A stretch of DNA of 64,000 bases from assembly GCA_964016885.1 (NCBI GenBank), contig OZ024740.1, forward strand, positions 154,566,001 to 154,630,000, read 5' to 3'. Below the pieces are notes generated by a model that saw nothing but the letters and a program-made list of their open reading frames with translations, was not told the origin of the DNA and ran no database searches. Below are positions 39,176 through 51,981 of the stretch, piece after piece. Origin of the DNA: Eledone cirrhosa. Lineage: Eukaryota. Positions within the stretch are counted from its first letter, which is position 1, and each line of letters begins with the position of its first letter. The translations under genes were made by a program, and so were the position numbers.

Positions 39176-39438
39176 TGGTAGCTGCCAACTCGTTTTCGAG
39201 TACGACCACTACTTTATATCCATGTAGGAGAACCCCTACCGATGCGCTGAACGAGTGTGACTTTTTAGTCCAGCCAGCGACTTGAAAACTCTGGTACAAA
39301 CACTACACTTGTGACAATTACTGACACATAGTGCTGGGCTCATGGTACCATGTGGCGACAAGTGCAGAGAGATCTCCAGATATAAAGCAATGCCTGTGCC
39401 GTGAAGCTTTTATAGTGAGCAAAGGCACTGCACAAAGC
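39176..39438 (-). mobile_element. N1 element, 5'-truncated
   Basis: Matches the 3' half of N1 and lies in (CATA)n. Confidence 0.85.
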
Positions 39439-39549
39439 ATATACACATGCACACATACACATACATACATACATACATACATACATACATACATACATAC
39501 ATACATACATACATACATACATACATACATACATACATACATACATACT

Positions 39550-39850
39550 TGCCATTGATCCACTTGAGAACATACAATATACAAGGGCAATAAGAATTAT
39601 TTCTCCTGCTTCTCTTGCCTTAAAGCATACCAAAATGTGTTCATTCCAAAACATTTTGCAATTATCGTTATCCAAAGACTGACTCCACCATTAATTATTA
39701 TTCTTGTCAATCTTTCAATTCTAATTAATTAACCCAGTTTTTTTATAGCTCCGCTTGTTAACGCTTGTCTTAGTAATTTTCTATTTTTGCAATCAAAGTT
39801 TCTTCAGTTTCCAACTAAAAAATACCATCCCATTTGACATACATTATATT
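39550..39850 (-). pseudogene. Possible ancient RTE APE relic
   Basis: Broken peptides DNCKMFWN and IVCSQVD resemble YKFFWSG and VYAPQVG. Confidence 0.3.
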
Positions 39851-39919
39851 GTGAAACATTATTAGATATTTCAGCGCTAAATTCTCAAATACTAGCCTGC
39901 GTCATTATATATGTATAAA

Positions 39920-39952
<33 letters not shown>

Positions 39953-39996
39953 AAGAGAGAGGGAGAGAAAGAAAGGGACCATTATATTAAATTTGT

Positions 39997-40151
39997 GGCC
40001 AGTGGATTGGCAGTATCGGTAGAGGGTCGGACGCCATTCTGAGTTCAAATCCCGCCGAGGTTAACTTTGCCTTTCATCCTTATGGGGTCGATAAAATAAA
40101 GTACCAGTAATACACTGGGTAATTGCTGGCCTTGTGCCAAAAGTAGAAACA
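39997..40151 (+). mobile_element. S1 SINE with internal deletion and 17-bp TSD
   Basis: TSD attatattaaatttgtg on both sides. Confidence 0.88.
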
Positions 40152-40194
40152 ATTATATTAAATTTGTGTGTGTGTAAGAGAGAGGGAGAGAGAG

Positions 40195-40232
<38 letters not shown>

Positions 40233-40323
40233 TGTGCCTGGGTGTGTGAGACAGAGAAAGAAATTGTATGAGTGTGTGCGTGCGTGTGCGTGTGTCTGTG
40301 AGACAGAGAAAGAAAGTGTATGA

Positions 40324-40371
<48 letters not shown>

Positions 40372-40420
40372 GTGTGTGCGTGTGTGAGAGAGTGAGAGAG
40401 AGAGGGAGAGAAAGAGAGAG

Positions 40421-40454
<34 letters not shown>

Positions 40455-40889
40455 TATGTGTGTGTATGTATGTGTGTGGGTGTGTGTGTATGTATGTATG
40501 TATGTGGGTGTGTGTAAACTAACATTATAGATTTACAAGTACGGCTGCAACGGCTAAAAGAAGGATACATAGCTTTATTAAACAAAAACTATATAATATG
40601 ACCGCAGCAGCTTGATAGTGTCTATCTTCCTCATTTGGAGGTTGGTGGGATCAATGGTTGGTTTATATAATAGCAATTGCAGGTCCCAGGCAGGTTTACC
40701 TTGTTTTCTGACTGTTTTGATTACGGGTTAGAGCAATCAACGGTTTCATTTATGCACAAACACACGCATACACGCACACACACACACACACACACGCACA
40801 CACATACACATATACACACACATAATAATTTGTTTTCTATGGACTATTTACATTGGTAACACCTGGCAGAGTGTGAGTCTTCTAAAATC

Positions 40890-41120
40890 AATCTTTTAGG
40901 CACAGTCCAGCACCTATTGCATTAAGAATCAAACTTCTTATTCTTTGAATAGTCTTTTTTGTAATGTCTAGACAAGTAGTATCAAGAGGATGGGAAGGAA
41001 AGTAGTCCAGTGTGGCTGACGGTCAGCTCAGAGATTGTTATGATAGTAGATCAAAGTCAATATGAAAATTACACATGAAAAAATACCTCAAAATATGAAA
41101 AATATCACAACTCTATGATA
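40890..41120 (+). repeat. Old interspersed repeat (partner of 18070-18300)
   Basis: Inverted similarity to 18070-18300. Confidence 0.55.
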
Positions 41121-41144
<24 letters not shown>

Positions 41145-41155
<11 letters not shown>

Positions 41156-41777
41156 TATGTATACGTACATACATATATGTATACAGACGTACAGTAGTAT
41201 GTATATATATATATACATACATGCACACATATATATATGTACGTATGGATTCACCGAACATTTATTATAATGCTCGGTGTGTTTGTAAACAAACATCCCG
41301 TATTAAGCCGTAGTGTCTAGCAACCATCGTTGCTCGTTTGTTCAACACTGACAAAGGAACGCTGTACTAGTTTCAAGCTTATTAGCTATCGTCAGCAACG
41401 TATACCTTCCTGCCAGATGATTGAACGTCTGAAAGTATATACTTTCCTTATGCATATTAACGGCTGAGCAGCCTAATTTGCATATCGAGTGGGTTAATCG
41501 GCCGGGTGCACCGAAAACTACTGTACGTCTGTATACATATATGTATGTACGTATACATAGTTATATTTAAGTAACAGCCGTACTAAGAGTGGGAAATGAA
41601 ATTTCGTTTCATTTTTTCCGTTTATCGTTTTCGGTGTACCCGGCCGATTAACCCACTCGATATGCAAATTAGGCTGCTCAGCCGTTAATATGCATAAGGA
41701 AAGTATATACTTTCAGACGTTCAATCATCTGGCAGGAAGGTAAACGTTGCTTTTTTCGTTTCATTTTTTCCGTTTAT
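41145..41777 (-). mobile_element. Fold-back PLE-type element with nested inversions, in (TA)n
   Basis: 41394-41518 is inverted at 41627-41750. 41150-41197 is inverted at 41517-41565. Direct repeat tttcgtttcattttttccgtttat at about 41602 and 41754. Confidence 0.75.
41360..41400 (-). ncRNA. Minimal type I hammerhead ribozyme
   Basis: CGTTG CTGACGA TAGC-taataa-GCTT GAAA CTAG TA CAGCG, with a palindromic helix III ACTAGT. Confidence 0.75.
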
Positions 41778-41788
41778 ATATATATATA

Positions 41789-42138
41789 TTTCGACTAAAG
41801 TAATTTTAGTCTGATAATGGGGTTTAGAACCCTCAGATAAATGGAAAAATATGAGTATTGACGTACATGGGAGTCTAACCCACATATTTGGTTATCCAGA
41901 CCACTGTGCTACCATTTACACCAACACAGGTGATGTGTTGGTGTAAATGGTAGTGGTCTGGATAACCAAAGATGTGGGTTCGACTCCCATGTACGTCAAT
42001 ACTCATATTTTTCCATTTATCTGAGGGTTCTAAACCCCATTATCAGACTAAAATTTCTTTAGTCGAAAAATACGGTGTAAGCTATTCTATTTTCTAATTT
42101 CAAACCTGCTCACTGTTTCAAAACATACTTACTTGTCA
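41789..42138 (+). mobile_element. Fold-back element (~140-bp arms) containing a tRNA-like sequence, between (TA)n tracts
   Basis: 41789-41928 is the reverse complement of 41934-42068. The plus arm extends a further ~70 bp. Confidence 0.75.
41932..41998 (+). pseudogene. tRNA-like sequence (pseudo-tRNA or SINE head); mirror copy at 41859-41928 (minus)
   Basis: A box TGGTGTAAATGG, B box GGTTCGACTCC, acceptor GATGTGT/GTACGTC, anticodon arm TGGT-CTGGATA-ACCA with an atypical loop. Confidence 0.7.
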
Positions 42139-42218
42139 TATATATATATATATATAAAATATTAAAAAAATAATGAATAAAACAATGAAACAGTTCCTTA
42201 TATTAAACAAAAAAGTTC

Positions 42219-42355
42219 ATTATTTAACGATCGTTTCTAGGACATATATGTGTTAGAATTGGCATGCATATTCAACAGATCTATGTACAAAATTATACAA
42301 ACTATCAAATAGAATATACATACCAACACATACATATGCCGTCTTCAGAAATAAT
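42219..42355 (-). ncRNA. Hammerhead motif with very long helix II
   Basis: ATTATTT CTGAAGA [~105 nt, GGCATATGTATGTGTTGG...CTAACACATATATGTCC] GAAA CGATCG TT AAATAAT. Confidence 0.65.
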
Positions 42356-42497
42356 TTTAATATTTTATCTTGACTCTGTATTCCGTTTATCTTTCACCGA
42401 AAGTGATTTTTGAATGCATCTCTTCTTTCCATGATATCCGGATTACATTGAGTTCTTCATACGGATTGGACACTACCGTAAACTTTTGGTAGATTTA

Positions 42498-42530
<33 letters not shown>

Positions 42531-43036
42531 CGCCAATGACCACATCTTAAACAAAAAATATGAGGCAATTTCGGCTTGTAAACATTAATTGCATAAAACT
42601 TTCCTGTATTACAGCCCCACATTATACCCTAACGGATAGTACGAACTATACGCGGATATTTTACGTCTTGGTGTGGTAGCTAAGTATATTTTATGTTTAT
42701 ACCATTACTTATTTGTATAGGTAAGTATATATTACCTGTATGTTTTGTGAAGGTACGTACACTTTCTCGTACGTATCTTTGCTTGTATTTGTTATAGGTG
42801 TATATATTATATTATATATACTGGTACATGTGTATATGGTTATGTGTATACGTGAATTTTGCGTTTCTGTGTGTATGCGGGTTTGCACGTATGTAGGGTG
42901 TGTATATGTGTACTTTGTGTTTTGGTTGACATACGTTTAGCGAACATATGTGTATTTACCTGTAGGTATGTGTGTGCGTGTGTTATATACGTATTTATGT
43001 GTGTATATTTATATACGTTTATATAATTATATGTAT

Positions 43037-43078
<42 letters not shown>

Positions 43079-43844
43079 TTTTTATATATATTTATGTGTA
43101 TTTGGTGTATACGTATGTGTGCGGGTACAGGTGTTGTGCGAGTTTGTGTATGTGTGCGCGTGTTTTCGTGTACGTGCTTGTGTTTCGTGTACGTGGCGGG
43201 TGTTTTCGCGTATGCATGTGTATGTACGTATATGGATGCGTGTATGTATATATTTAATTATTGTTGATTTCAATAACCTCTGTAATTTATTTACATTATT
43301 CTTAACTCTGAAGCCGGGAATCATTCGGTTTCCTAAATAGAATATTAGTCTACGACTTCATTTATACCATAAATGTGGTTTTGTCTTTGCGTGTAATTGT
43401 TCTCACGTTCCACATAATGACGTATTATCTTTGCTTTTTTTCGTTCATTGCCAGGGAACGTCTTCACGAACCAAATTATCGTCTTCCTGATTACCTCCGG
43501 TTGCAACGTCTTTCGTAATATTTACTTCTGCGTTCACAGATTGATTTTTTGTAGTTTCAGAAGATCCCGTTAAGGGTGAAAGCAGCCATTCTGTGCTTAA
43601 ACTTTAATCTGTTATTTTAATTTAATATTTGCTCTATGGTTCTTATATATTTTATATATATTTATCCTTATCGAGCCCTCTTTGGATTTTAGTCTTAAAA
43701 TTTATTATTATTACTATATATATATATAAATATATATGTGAATGTGTTTCGACCCAATAGTAGAATTTGTATGTTGTCACCCGATCTGCTAAAATTGCAG
43801 TCAAATATCTCTCAAATCATCATAAAAATGGACATGTATAACGG

Positions 43845-44202
43845 ACTCTCGAGTCTTGAATAATCGTCTCCCATCCCCTGCTTATTAATTTTTCAGAATC
43901 CCCTCACGCTCTCATTCCACCTACAACCCCACCCCCACCTCGCTTATTAAATTTTCGGCGAAATTTTATTTTAAGTGGTAACATTCCTGTGATAAATAAT
44001 TTTCTTTAGACATTAAAATACATTATACATGACAAAATAGATCATTACAAGAATTCCCAAATATTATAAAATAAGTAGGATGGGTTGGGGTCTCAATATG
44101 GAAACTATATGACTAATTCTGTTTTGTTTTGTTTTTTAATATCAAAAGAGACAAACTAGAAAAATTACTGGTTTTCCCCCTCCCCATTTGGGACCCGAGA
44201 GT
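43845..44202. mobile_element. Putative MITE
   Basis: Imperfect TIRs actctcgagtcttgaat / atttgggacccgagagt. No clear TSD. Confidence 0.45.
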
Positions 44203-45363
44203 AGTTCTCGAAAGCAAGAGATGATGACCGTAGCTAGAATAGACTAGGTTGATCGGAACTAATCTGGAGTTAAACTATAGCATTGACAACATAAACAATA
44301 ACAGTACCAACAACATTAACAACAACAACAGTAACAAGTAGATACATCCTCCTGTCCTCCTCTCACCATCAGAAAACCAAAAAATATCAACTTTCCCAAT
44401 TCTTTCATCTCACAAATGGAAGTCCTCAAAAGATGTTTCCCGGCCATGGCTTCTCCATGCATCTCAACCTAAAAAACATATAAAAAAAGGTAAAGGGTCC
44501 TTAACTCCTGCATGTCTGTTTAGCCTGGAGGAGGCTATCCCTTTCCAGATCGAAACGTAGCCCATTTCTTTCAGAAGAAACAAAGAGATCGGAAGAATAG
44601 ATCCCTTTACTTTATTTATTGATCCCTCACCGGGATTCAAGCGCAGTAAGAAATGCCGAGGCGGTTTTAATCCGACGCCTCAATGACTGCCAATGCGCCA
44701 CCTTACAACCTACCGATTACAACCTACCGATTCAAAATCTATCACCAAAATTGGGTCGCTAATCAGAGAGGGAAGGGCAGCACCCGTAACTAGTTTATTA
44801 TCTTCTAAACCCTATTGTTTGCAACAGAGCAGACTATAGGCACTCTAGGACTCATCTACAGACCTACCACTACTAAAAACCTAAAGTGGGAGTACCATGA
44901 AAAAAAGTGCCACAAAACGAGGAAAATGGAATAAAATGGGAAGATTTTACATAATGAAAGCTATACCCATTTTCATAAGAGAAGACATTTTTCACCTACC
45001 CCGAAGTGGGTGGGAGATCTCCCCATCGAGTGGGGAGAGTTGGCAGGTCTGAATCTATGAGTCTTTCTCTAGATACATAATGCGTTCTAACATAGTCATA
45101 AAACCACATATAAAGAACTAGACCAATGTTGTTTAAATTCCCCCAGTACTGAGCTGGCTGCAGCAAATGTTATCGTACCCAGAATGAAGAAGTGGGTAAA
45201 GTTGATCCTTTTTTATGATTTGAAATATGAATATAAAGCGATGTTCGTAACTAATACTACAGAGCATATTGTCCGACATTCTACTAAATCTGCAATCAGA
45301 GCATCCATTGTCGGTTACGTTATTTTAAAAATGTATCTGTGTGAGAGAGAGAGAGTGTGTGTA

Positions 45364-45431
<68 letters not shown>

Positions 45432-45615
45432 CGTGTGTGTGTGTGTGTATATATATATATGTGTGTGTGTGTGTATGTGCGTGTACGTGTGCATGTGTGT
45501 GTGAGAAAATGTAATCCAACTGATGTAACTACAGCTACAATAACAACAACAACAACTGTAATTACATATTGACTACACCCTTATCCTTTGAACTATAGCC
45601 GCGTGAGTATATATG

Positions 45616-45678
<63 letters not shown>

Positions 45679-45780
45679 CGCTGTCTATATATATGAACAT
45701 ATATATATATATATTCATACATGTACGTATACATGATATATATAAACATCTGCACCCGTATCGTATTAACAGAGATCGTA

Positions 45781-45908
<128 letters not shown>

Positions 45909-46229
45909 TGCACACACAAACATATAGATATCTCCATACATACATATATATGTATGCACATACATACATATATACATACACACATACAAACAAGTGTGCT
46001 CTGTACATATATAGTATAATTCTCCGCTCTTACCGTATTTGTTATCTATGAAGTGTAAATTTCGTGCCCCCCCCCCCCCCCCCCCACCCGGTTATAGTAT
46101 CACTCATTAGTTTACCTTACTGCTTTGTTCATCACGTTTGGTAACTGGATTCAGAAAACGTGTGACTACAATGCACACGCGCCCGCCGCCCATACACTGA
46201 TACTTATGCTCACTCATTCACGCATATAA

Positions 46230-46293
<64 letters not shown>

Positions 46294-46297
46294 AAAT

Positions 46298-46388
<91 letters not shown>

Positions 46389-46429
46389 CGAAACATAAGT
46401 CAATTGCATGAACTCATAATCCTTTATTT

Positions 46430-46485
46430 ATTGCTATATATATTTCGATGATAGCCATTGAATGGCTATGACCTCATCAGGCAGT
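46430..46485 (-). ncRNA. Type I hammerhead ribozyme (same family as 6131-6185)
   Basis: ACTGC CTGATGA GGTCATAGCCA-ttcaa-TGGCTATCATC GAAA TATATA TA GCAAT. About 45 bp from a (TA)n tract. Confidence 0.82.
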
Positions 46486-46650
46486 TAGTCAGTTCTTAGA
46501 TATGCCAGCTCTGTGTTTATGGTGTTGATGGTATCAGAGCCTTGGGACATTTATGTATATATACAAATAAAATATAGTTATTAACTCATATTGATACCCT
46601 GCAATTAACAAGCTCAAAGTATAAATACTGAGCATTATAATATTAATATA

Positions 46651-46834
46651 GGCGGTGGATTGACAGTATCGGTAGAGCGTCGGACGCCATGCTTTCCAGC
46701 GTAGTTACGTCCCTTTACGATCTGAGTTCAAATCCCGCCGCGGTTAACTTTGCCTTTCATCCTTACGGGGTCGATAAAATAAAGTACCAGTAATGCACTG
46801 GTTAATTGCTGGCCTTGTGCCTAAAGTAGAAACA
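46651..46834 (+). mobile_element. Full-length S1 SINE with 17-bp TSD
   Basis: A box and B box (gagttcaaatccc) present. TSD attataatattaatata on both sides. Confidence 0.92.
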
Positions 46835-46856
46835 ATTATAATATTAATATATGTAG

Positions 46857-46942
46857 AAATAAACACAGTAAATTCTGCATCTAAAATTAGAACATTTGTG
46901 GTATAATCTACCCTCGTAATTTTAGACGCAGAATTTACTGTG

Positions 46943-46948
<6 letters not shown>
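46857..46948. repeat. Hairpin with ~32-bp arms abutting (TA)n
   Basis: aaataaacacagtaaattctgcatctaaaatta / taattttagacgcagaatttactgtgtttattt. Confidence 0.8.
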
Positions 46949-46989
<41 letters not shown>

Positions 46990-47126
46990 TATTTTAAAGT
47001 ATCAATACTATGTTTCTCTAATGATGTATGGCTATATACACATATTTTTAATTTGAATTATATATATATATGTGTGTGTGTGTACATACATACATACATA
47101 CATACATACATACATACATACATACA

Positions 47127-47585
47127 TGGTGGCTGCCAACTCGTTTTCGAGTACGGCCACTACTTTATATCCATGTAGGAGAACCCCTACTGATGCGCTG
47201 AACCTGTGTGACTTTTTAGTCCAGCCAGCGACTTGAAAACTCTGGTACAAACACTACACTTGTGATAATCATTGACACATAGTGCTGGGCCCATGGTACC
47301 ATGTGATGACAAGTGCAGAGAGATCTCCAGATATAAAGCAATGCCTGTGCCATGAAGCTTTTATAGTGAGTAAAAGGCAGTGCACAAAGCCAGTCCCACT
47401 CTCTTGACCAAGATGATATTTACCAAAAAGAAGAAAAAGTCAACATCATTGGATACCATCAGAGTTGCAGATGTTATATCAGAGTTTTCCTTCTCCTAGA
47501 ATTCTGCCTTGACAAAGGCTAAGGGGTCATCTCTCCCGGTGATTTTGGATGGCCATTGACTCTTAAGAGCTCCTTTGCCCTTTGA
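47127..47585 (-). mobile_element. N1 element, 5'-truncated
   Basis: Matches N1. (CATA)n on both sides. Confidence 0.85.
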
Positions 47586-47674
47586 TACATACATACATAC
47601 ATACATACATACATACATACATACATACATACATACATACATACATACATACATACATACATACATACATACAT

Positions 47675-47776
47675 GTTGATGTTGTGTAAATTCCAATGAG
47701 AGAGTCTTGTGTCTATGTTAGAAACCGACTCTCTCTCTATTAGTAAGCCTTTGTGAAATTATAAAACCAGAAGAAC
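47675..47776 (+). mobile_element. Probable extreme 3' tip of a Dong D2-like element in (CATA)n
   Basis: Starts with gttgatgttgtgtaaa, identical to the end of the D2 3' UTR at about 38308. Flanked by CATA repeats. Confidence 0.5.
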
Positions 47777-48340
47777 ATACATACATAAATTTGTTACCAA
47801 TAGCCATAACCTCTTAATGAAAAAAGATCAATAAAATAAATCTAATTCAATGAAGCAAATGCATACAGACCATCTTATACAAAATTAGTGATGGATAGAT
47901 CCCAGTAAAGTAATCTAAAATAAGAAAACTTCACAAGCATCTTTCCCTAGAGCTAGAAGGCTTCACAAAGTTCCTTTACTGCAGTTTCCAATATCGAGAA
48001 ACAGTACTGACCACCCCAATAGATCCTGCCAGAAAAAATCTTTTCATCAGAGGGATTCTGTAAGGTATAAGAAAAATATATAAAAGAGGCAGTAAAAATA
48101 AACATACAAGACTCTTGGTGATAAGCCCATAAGGTTCTGGAGACGTTGACAAAATTATAGACTTAGAAACTTTGTGGTTCCAAATGAATAGTAACCGCTT
48201 TAGAAAATATGAAATAATAATAATTGAAACTGGAAAATGGTCATAGCTTCAACAACATATGTATAAACCACTCTGTGTGTGTGTGTGTGCGCGCGCGCGC
48301 GCGTGTGTTGTGTGTGTGTGTGCGCGCGCGCGCGCGCGTG

Positions 48341-48379
<39 letters not shown>

Positions 48380-48410
48380 ATGTACTACATGGTATATGTA
48401 TGTATGTATG

Positions 48411-48795
48411 GGCGGAGGAACTCAGCAGAATTCAACGGCCATCCAAATAGTAGTTTTGATATTTTTTTTTTTTTTCACCTGGGAGGCCCCCAGTTGTTGT
48501 CACAACACCTTTCTAGGAGAGGGAAACTCTGAAAAAAAACCTGCGGCTTCAGAAGCATCCGATGATGTTGACTAGTTCTCCTTTTCGAATAGTGTTTTCC
48601 ATGCTCAGAGAGTGGGATTGGTCGAGTGCAAAGCCTTTCCCCACTTAAAAAAACCTTCAAAGCTCAGGCATTGCTTTTTCAGGATAGATTACAGGTTTGT
48701 GTGGCTGGCTGCAGCTTAAAAGTGCACCAAACTCTATAATCTGACAAGCGATTGTAATACTCTTAGAAGAATTTGCAACCATCATGTATGTATGT
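48411..48795 (+). mobile_element. Older bipartite non-autonomous RTE derivative, family N3
   Basis: ttctaggagagggaaactctga...ccgatgatgttgac...gctcagagagtgggattgg block, then a decayed RTE 3' end (gcaaccatc) and (ATGT)n. Confidence 0.65.
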
Positions 48796-48859
48796 ATAAT
48801 GTATGAAAATGCATTAACTGAAACTAGATAAAATACACTCGAAAAGAGAAAAACAGAAA

Positions 48860-49140
48860 AACGACCTCGTAAGGATGAAAGGAAAAGTTAACCTCGGCGG
48901 GATTTGAACTCAGACCGTAAAGGACCGTAACTCTATGCTTATTTGATATCTAATAATTATTTCTAGTATAGGCACAAGGCCAGTAATTTGGAGGGGGAGT
49001 AAAGTCGATTAAATTGACCCCAGTACATTACTGGTGCTTTCTTTTAACGACCTAGTAAGGATGAAAGGCAAAGTTAACCTCGACGGGATTTGAACTCAGA
49101 CCGTAAAGGACCATAACTCTATGCTATTTTGATATCTAAT
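48860..49140 (-). mobile_element. Two tandem S1-type SINE fragments
   Basis: 48860-48955 is repeated at 49048-49140. Confidence 0.75.
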
Positions 49141-49977
49141 AATACAAACTGAAAAATAAAGATTAAATCCGGTCGATGTCTGCGACTGTTGTTACAATAT
49201 CATCAGCTGTTGTTTACAGTAGTTTTAGCATTTTATATGACAATTTATTTGCGTTGATCTTAAATACTATAAAGTTATAATAATGTGATTTGCTTAAAGC
49301 CTATTTATTACTGTCATTTACGCAGTGGAAAGTTGTGTTGATATGCTTGTAGCGGGTCTCTTTATCAACAGAAACATGTTTCAAGTTCCACTGGCTTTAT
49401 TTTAACTAATCACAGAATAATAACTTGTACAATAACCACCAAATGCTACTAATATTATACACTGTTTAAAACCGACAGAATGGTAATGGCCGGAATATTT
49501 GTGTACATAGGTCTGCACGGCCAAGACTGACCTAGGATTAAACAATAACGGCAATATGGACATGAACGAATCAATGAGGTAGCCTATACGGGGTCGCCTA
49601 AGAATAGAGCTAAGAATAGAGACTAAATTTCAGTCGTATCTCAACCTTATAAAAATGAAAGGCACGTTAGACAATGTACTACAACATGACATACGTTCAT
49701 TCACAAGCGGGACGTTCAGTTGACAGAACAACTGAATGCTTATCGTCAAAACCAACGAAGAATCCATCACCGGTTAAACTATGCCTGAAAATGAAAGGAC
49801 TGGTTCGTCTTTGATCAATGCTGATATGTAGTTAAACAGTAATGGTTGTTACCATTTTACTTTACCTCGAAGGCTTTACGAAACTCGTCGAAATCACAAC
49901 ATAGGGGATCTTTTGCTCTGTGTTTAAATATTAAATATTGAATTGTTTAGGAGCTTCTAAAATATTATTCCAGACAG

Positions 49978-50550
49978 AAGGGTGGTGAACTGGTAGAATC
50001 TGCAGAGCAGTGGAGAAAATGCCATGCAGATTTTGTACCTGCTCTTTACATTCTGATTTCAAATACCACCAAAGCCAACTTCGCCTTTCTTCGTTCCGTG
50101 CTCGCTAATGTAAAGTACCAGATACGTAACAGGGAGAGATTTAATCATCTATACTCTCTTCCAAAATGTGTAAGCCTGTGTGACTATGTTAGAAACCAAT
50201 ATTAAGAATGGTGAAGGTGGTTGATTGGCAGAATTTGTAGAACATCGGATAAAATGCCATTGTTGTATTAGTTCTGGCCGTGGTTATCGTTATCATTTCA
50301 TCCTTCTGGGGTCGATAAAATAAAGTACTAGTCAAGTATTGAGGTTGATTTAAACAATTTGGTCCTTTCTCCACACTAATTTGCTGTTCTTGTGCCAAAA
50401 CTAGAAATCAATATTCAGGATGGTGGATTGGCAGAAACGGTAGGGAGACGGGGAAAATACCTTCCAGCACACGCCACACCTCTTTACGTTTTGAGTTCAA
50501 ATCCCGAATATGTTGACTTTGCAATTCATCCTTATGGAATCAATAAAATA
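49978..50550 (+). mobile_element. Cluster of three old head-to-tail S1-related SINEs
   Basis: ggtggtgaactggtagaatc, ggtggttgattggcagaa and ggtggattggcagaa heads with tttcatcc...gtcgataaaataaagtac cores. More decayed copies at about 51235-51350, 52605-52700 and 53275-53410. Confidence 0.6.
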
Positions 50551-51924
50551 AATTACTATTCACACACAACGTGTTACGTAACCTTGGTGTGTTTGTTAGC
50601 AATAATGATAAATCCCACCAGGATCAACGGAAGTATTCAGAAATGAGGGGAGAGGCTGGGTGGGTACATGACATGAGAGTTATTAATGCTTTTGTAAACG
50701 TGCATCAAGCAGAAGATTCAAATTAAGGCTTTCTTAACATGACAGATACAGGCTCTACAGCTCATTAAACATGGTCAATTAATTATGTAACACACTTTGT
50801 ATACTAATTAGCGAATAAAGCCAACCTGTGGATCATCGATGGACATTGATATATACATACATACTTATATATATATATATTTGTGTGTGTGTGTGCGCGC
50901 GTGTGTGTGTGTGTGTATGTGTGTGTGTGTGTGTGTGTCTGTGTGTGTGTGTGTCTGTGATTATGTAAGTGTCTGTGTCTATGTGTGCATATGTATGTTT
51001 GTGTATATATATGTTTGTGTATATGATATCATAATGTGTGGACAATAGCGCCATTGGTTATAGGTTTCCAGCAAGTGAACAACGAGCTTACTGTATCTCG
51101 GATAGCAAAAAAAAAAACAGGTGAGAGGCTCCGGTACTATTTTTCTCACTGATGTTTATATCCATCTCCAATATAATACACACAAAGTCTAACATAATTA
51201 AATTGACCCATCTCATTTGTATAACGATGCAATATTTACGGTATTCGTTCCGGCTCTCTGCTCTCGGAGTTCAAATCCCACCGAGGTCAACTTTGCCTTT
51301 CATCCTTTCAAGGTCTATAAAAAAAAGTACCAGTCTAGTACTGAGGTCGATTCTTCCTCTCTCTCTCTCTCCTGAAGAAATCTGCTGTGCTCAATCCTGG
51401 AGAGGGATTGACTCTGCCAGGCTTAAAATGCACAAGAAACGCCGTATGTCAACACGATGCCCCTACGACACTATCAGTAGCTACGGGACCATACCAAACT
51501 GGTAGCGCCAAATATTTGAACTCCAACTTCTGAGGTACCAATGAAATAAAGACTGATCGTTGACTGAACGTTACCCAAAAGATCAGATACATATTTGTGA
51601 TAGGAAATGGAGACGATGTAGAATAGAGATATGTAATTACTCAGTAACCTAGTAGATATTTGTCACATATGGCAGTTCGACAAATAGAGATCGATAAAAT
51701 AGGTGCCAGATTGTATATACGGGAGTCGATACGATCAACTAAATCGATTGAAGAGTGGCCCTAGTGTAATGACTGTGACTAGTAAAAAGTGTGTGTGAGA
51801 GTACATGTGTATGTGTGTGTGTGAGAGTGTATGTGTATGTGCGTGTACCTGTGTGTTTGTGAGAGTGTATGTGTATGTGCGTGTACCTGTGTGTGTGTAT
51901 ATACCTGTCTGTGTGCGTGTGTGT

Positions 51925-51981
<57 letters not shown>

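Noticed and set aside
41932-41998. Functional tRNA-Ser(GGA) or tRNA-Ile(GAT)
   Set aside because: The plus arm has a D-arm deletion, the minus arm has a mutated T-loop, and the anticodon loop is atypical.
43555-43600. Hammerhead candidate CAGAAGA-TCCC...GGGT-GAAA
   Set aside because: Core mutated and helices I and III not convincing. At most a decayed copy.
47900-48000. Possible ancient RT motif (LEKAFDKVP-like)
   Set aside because: Needs several frameshifts to read, too weak to call.
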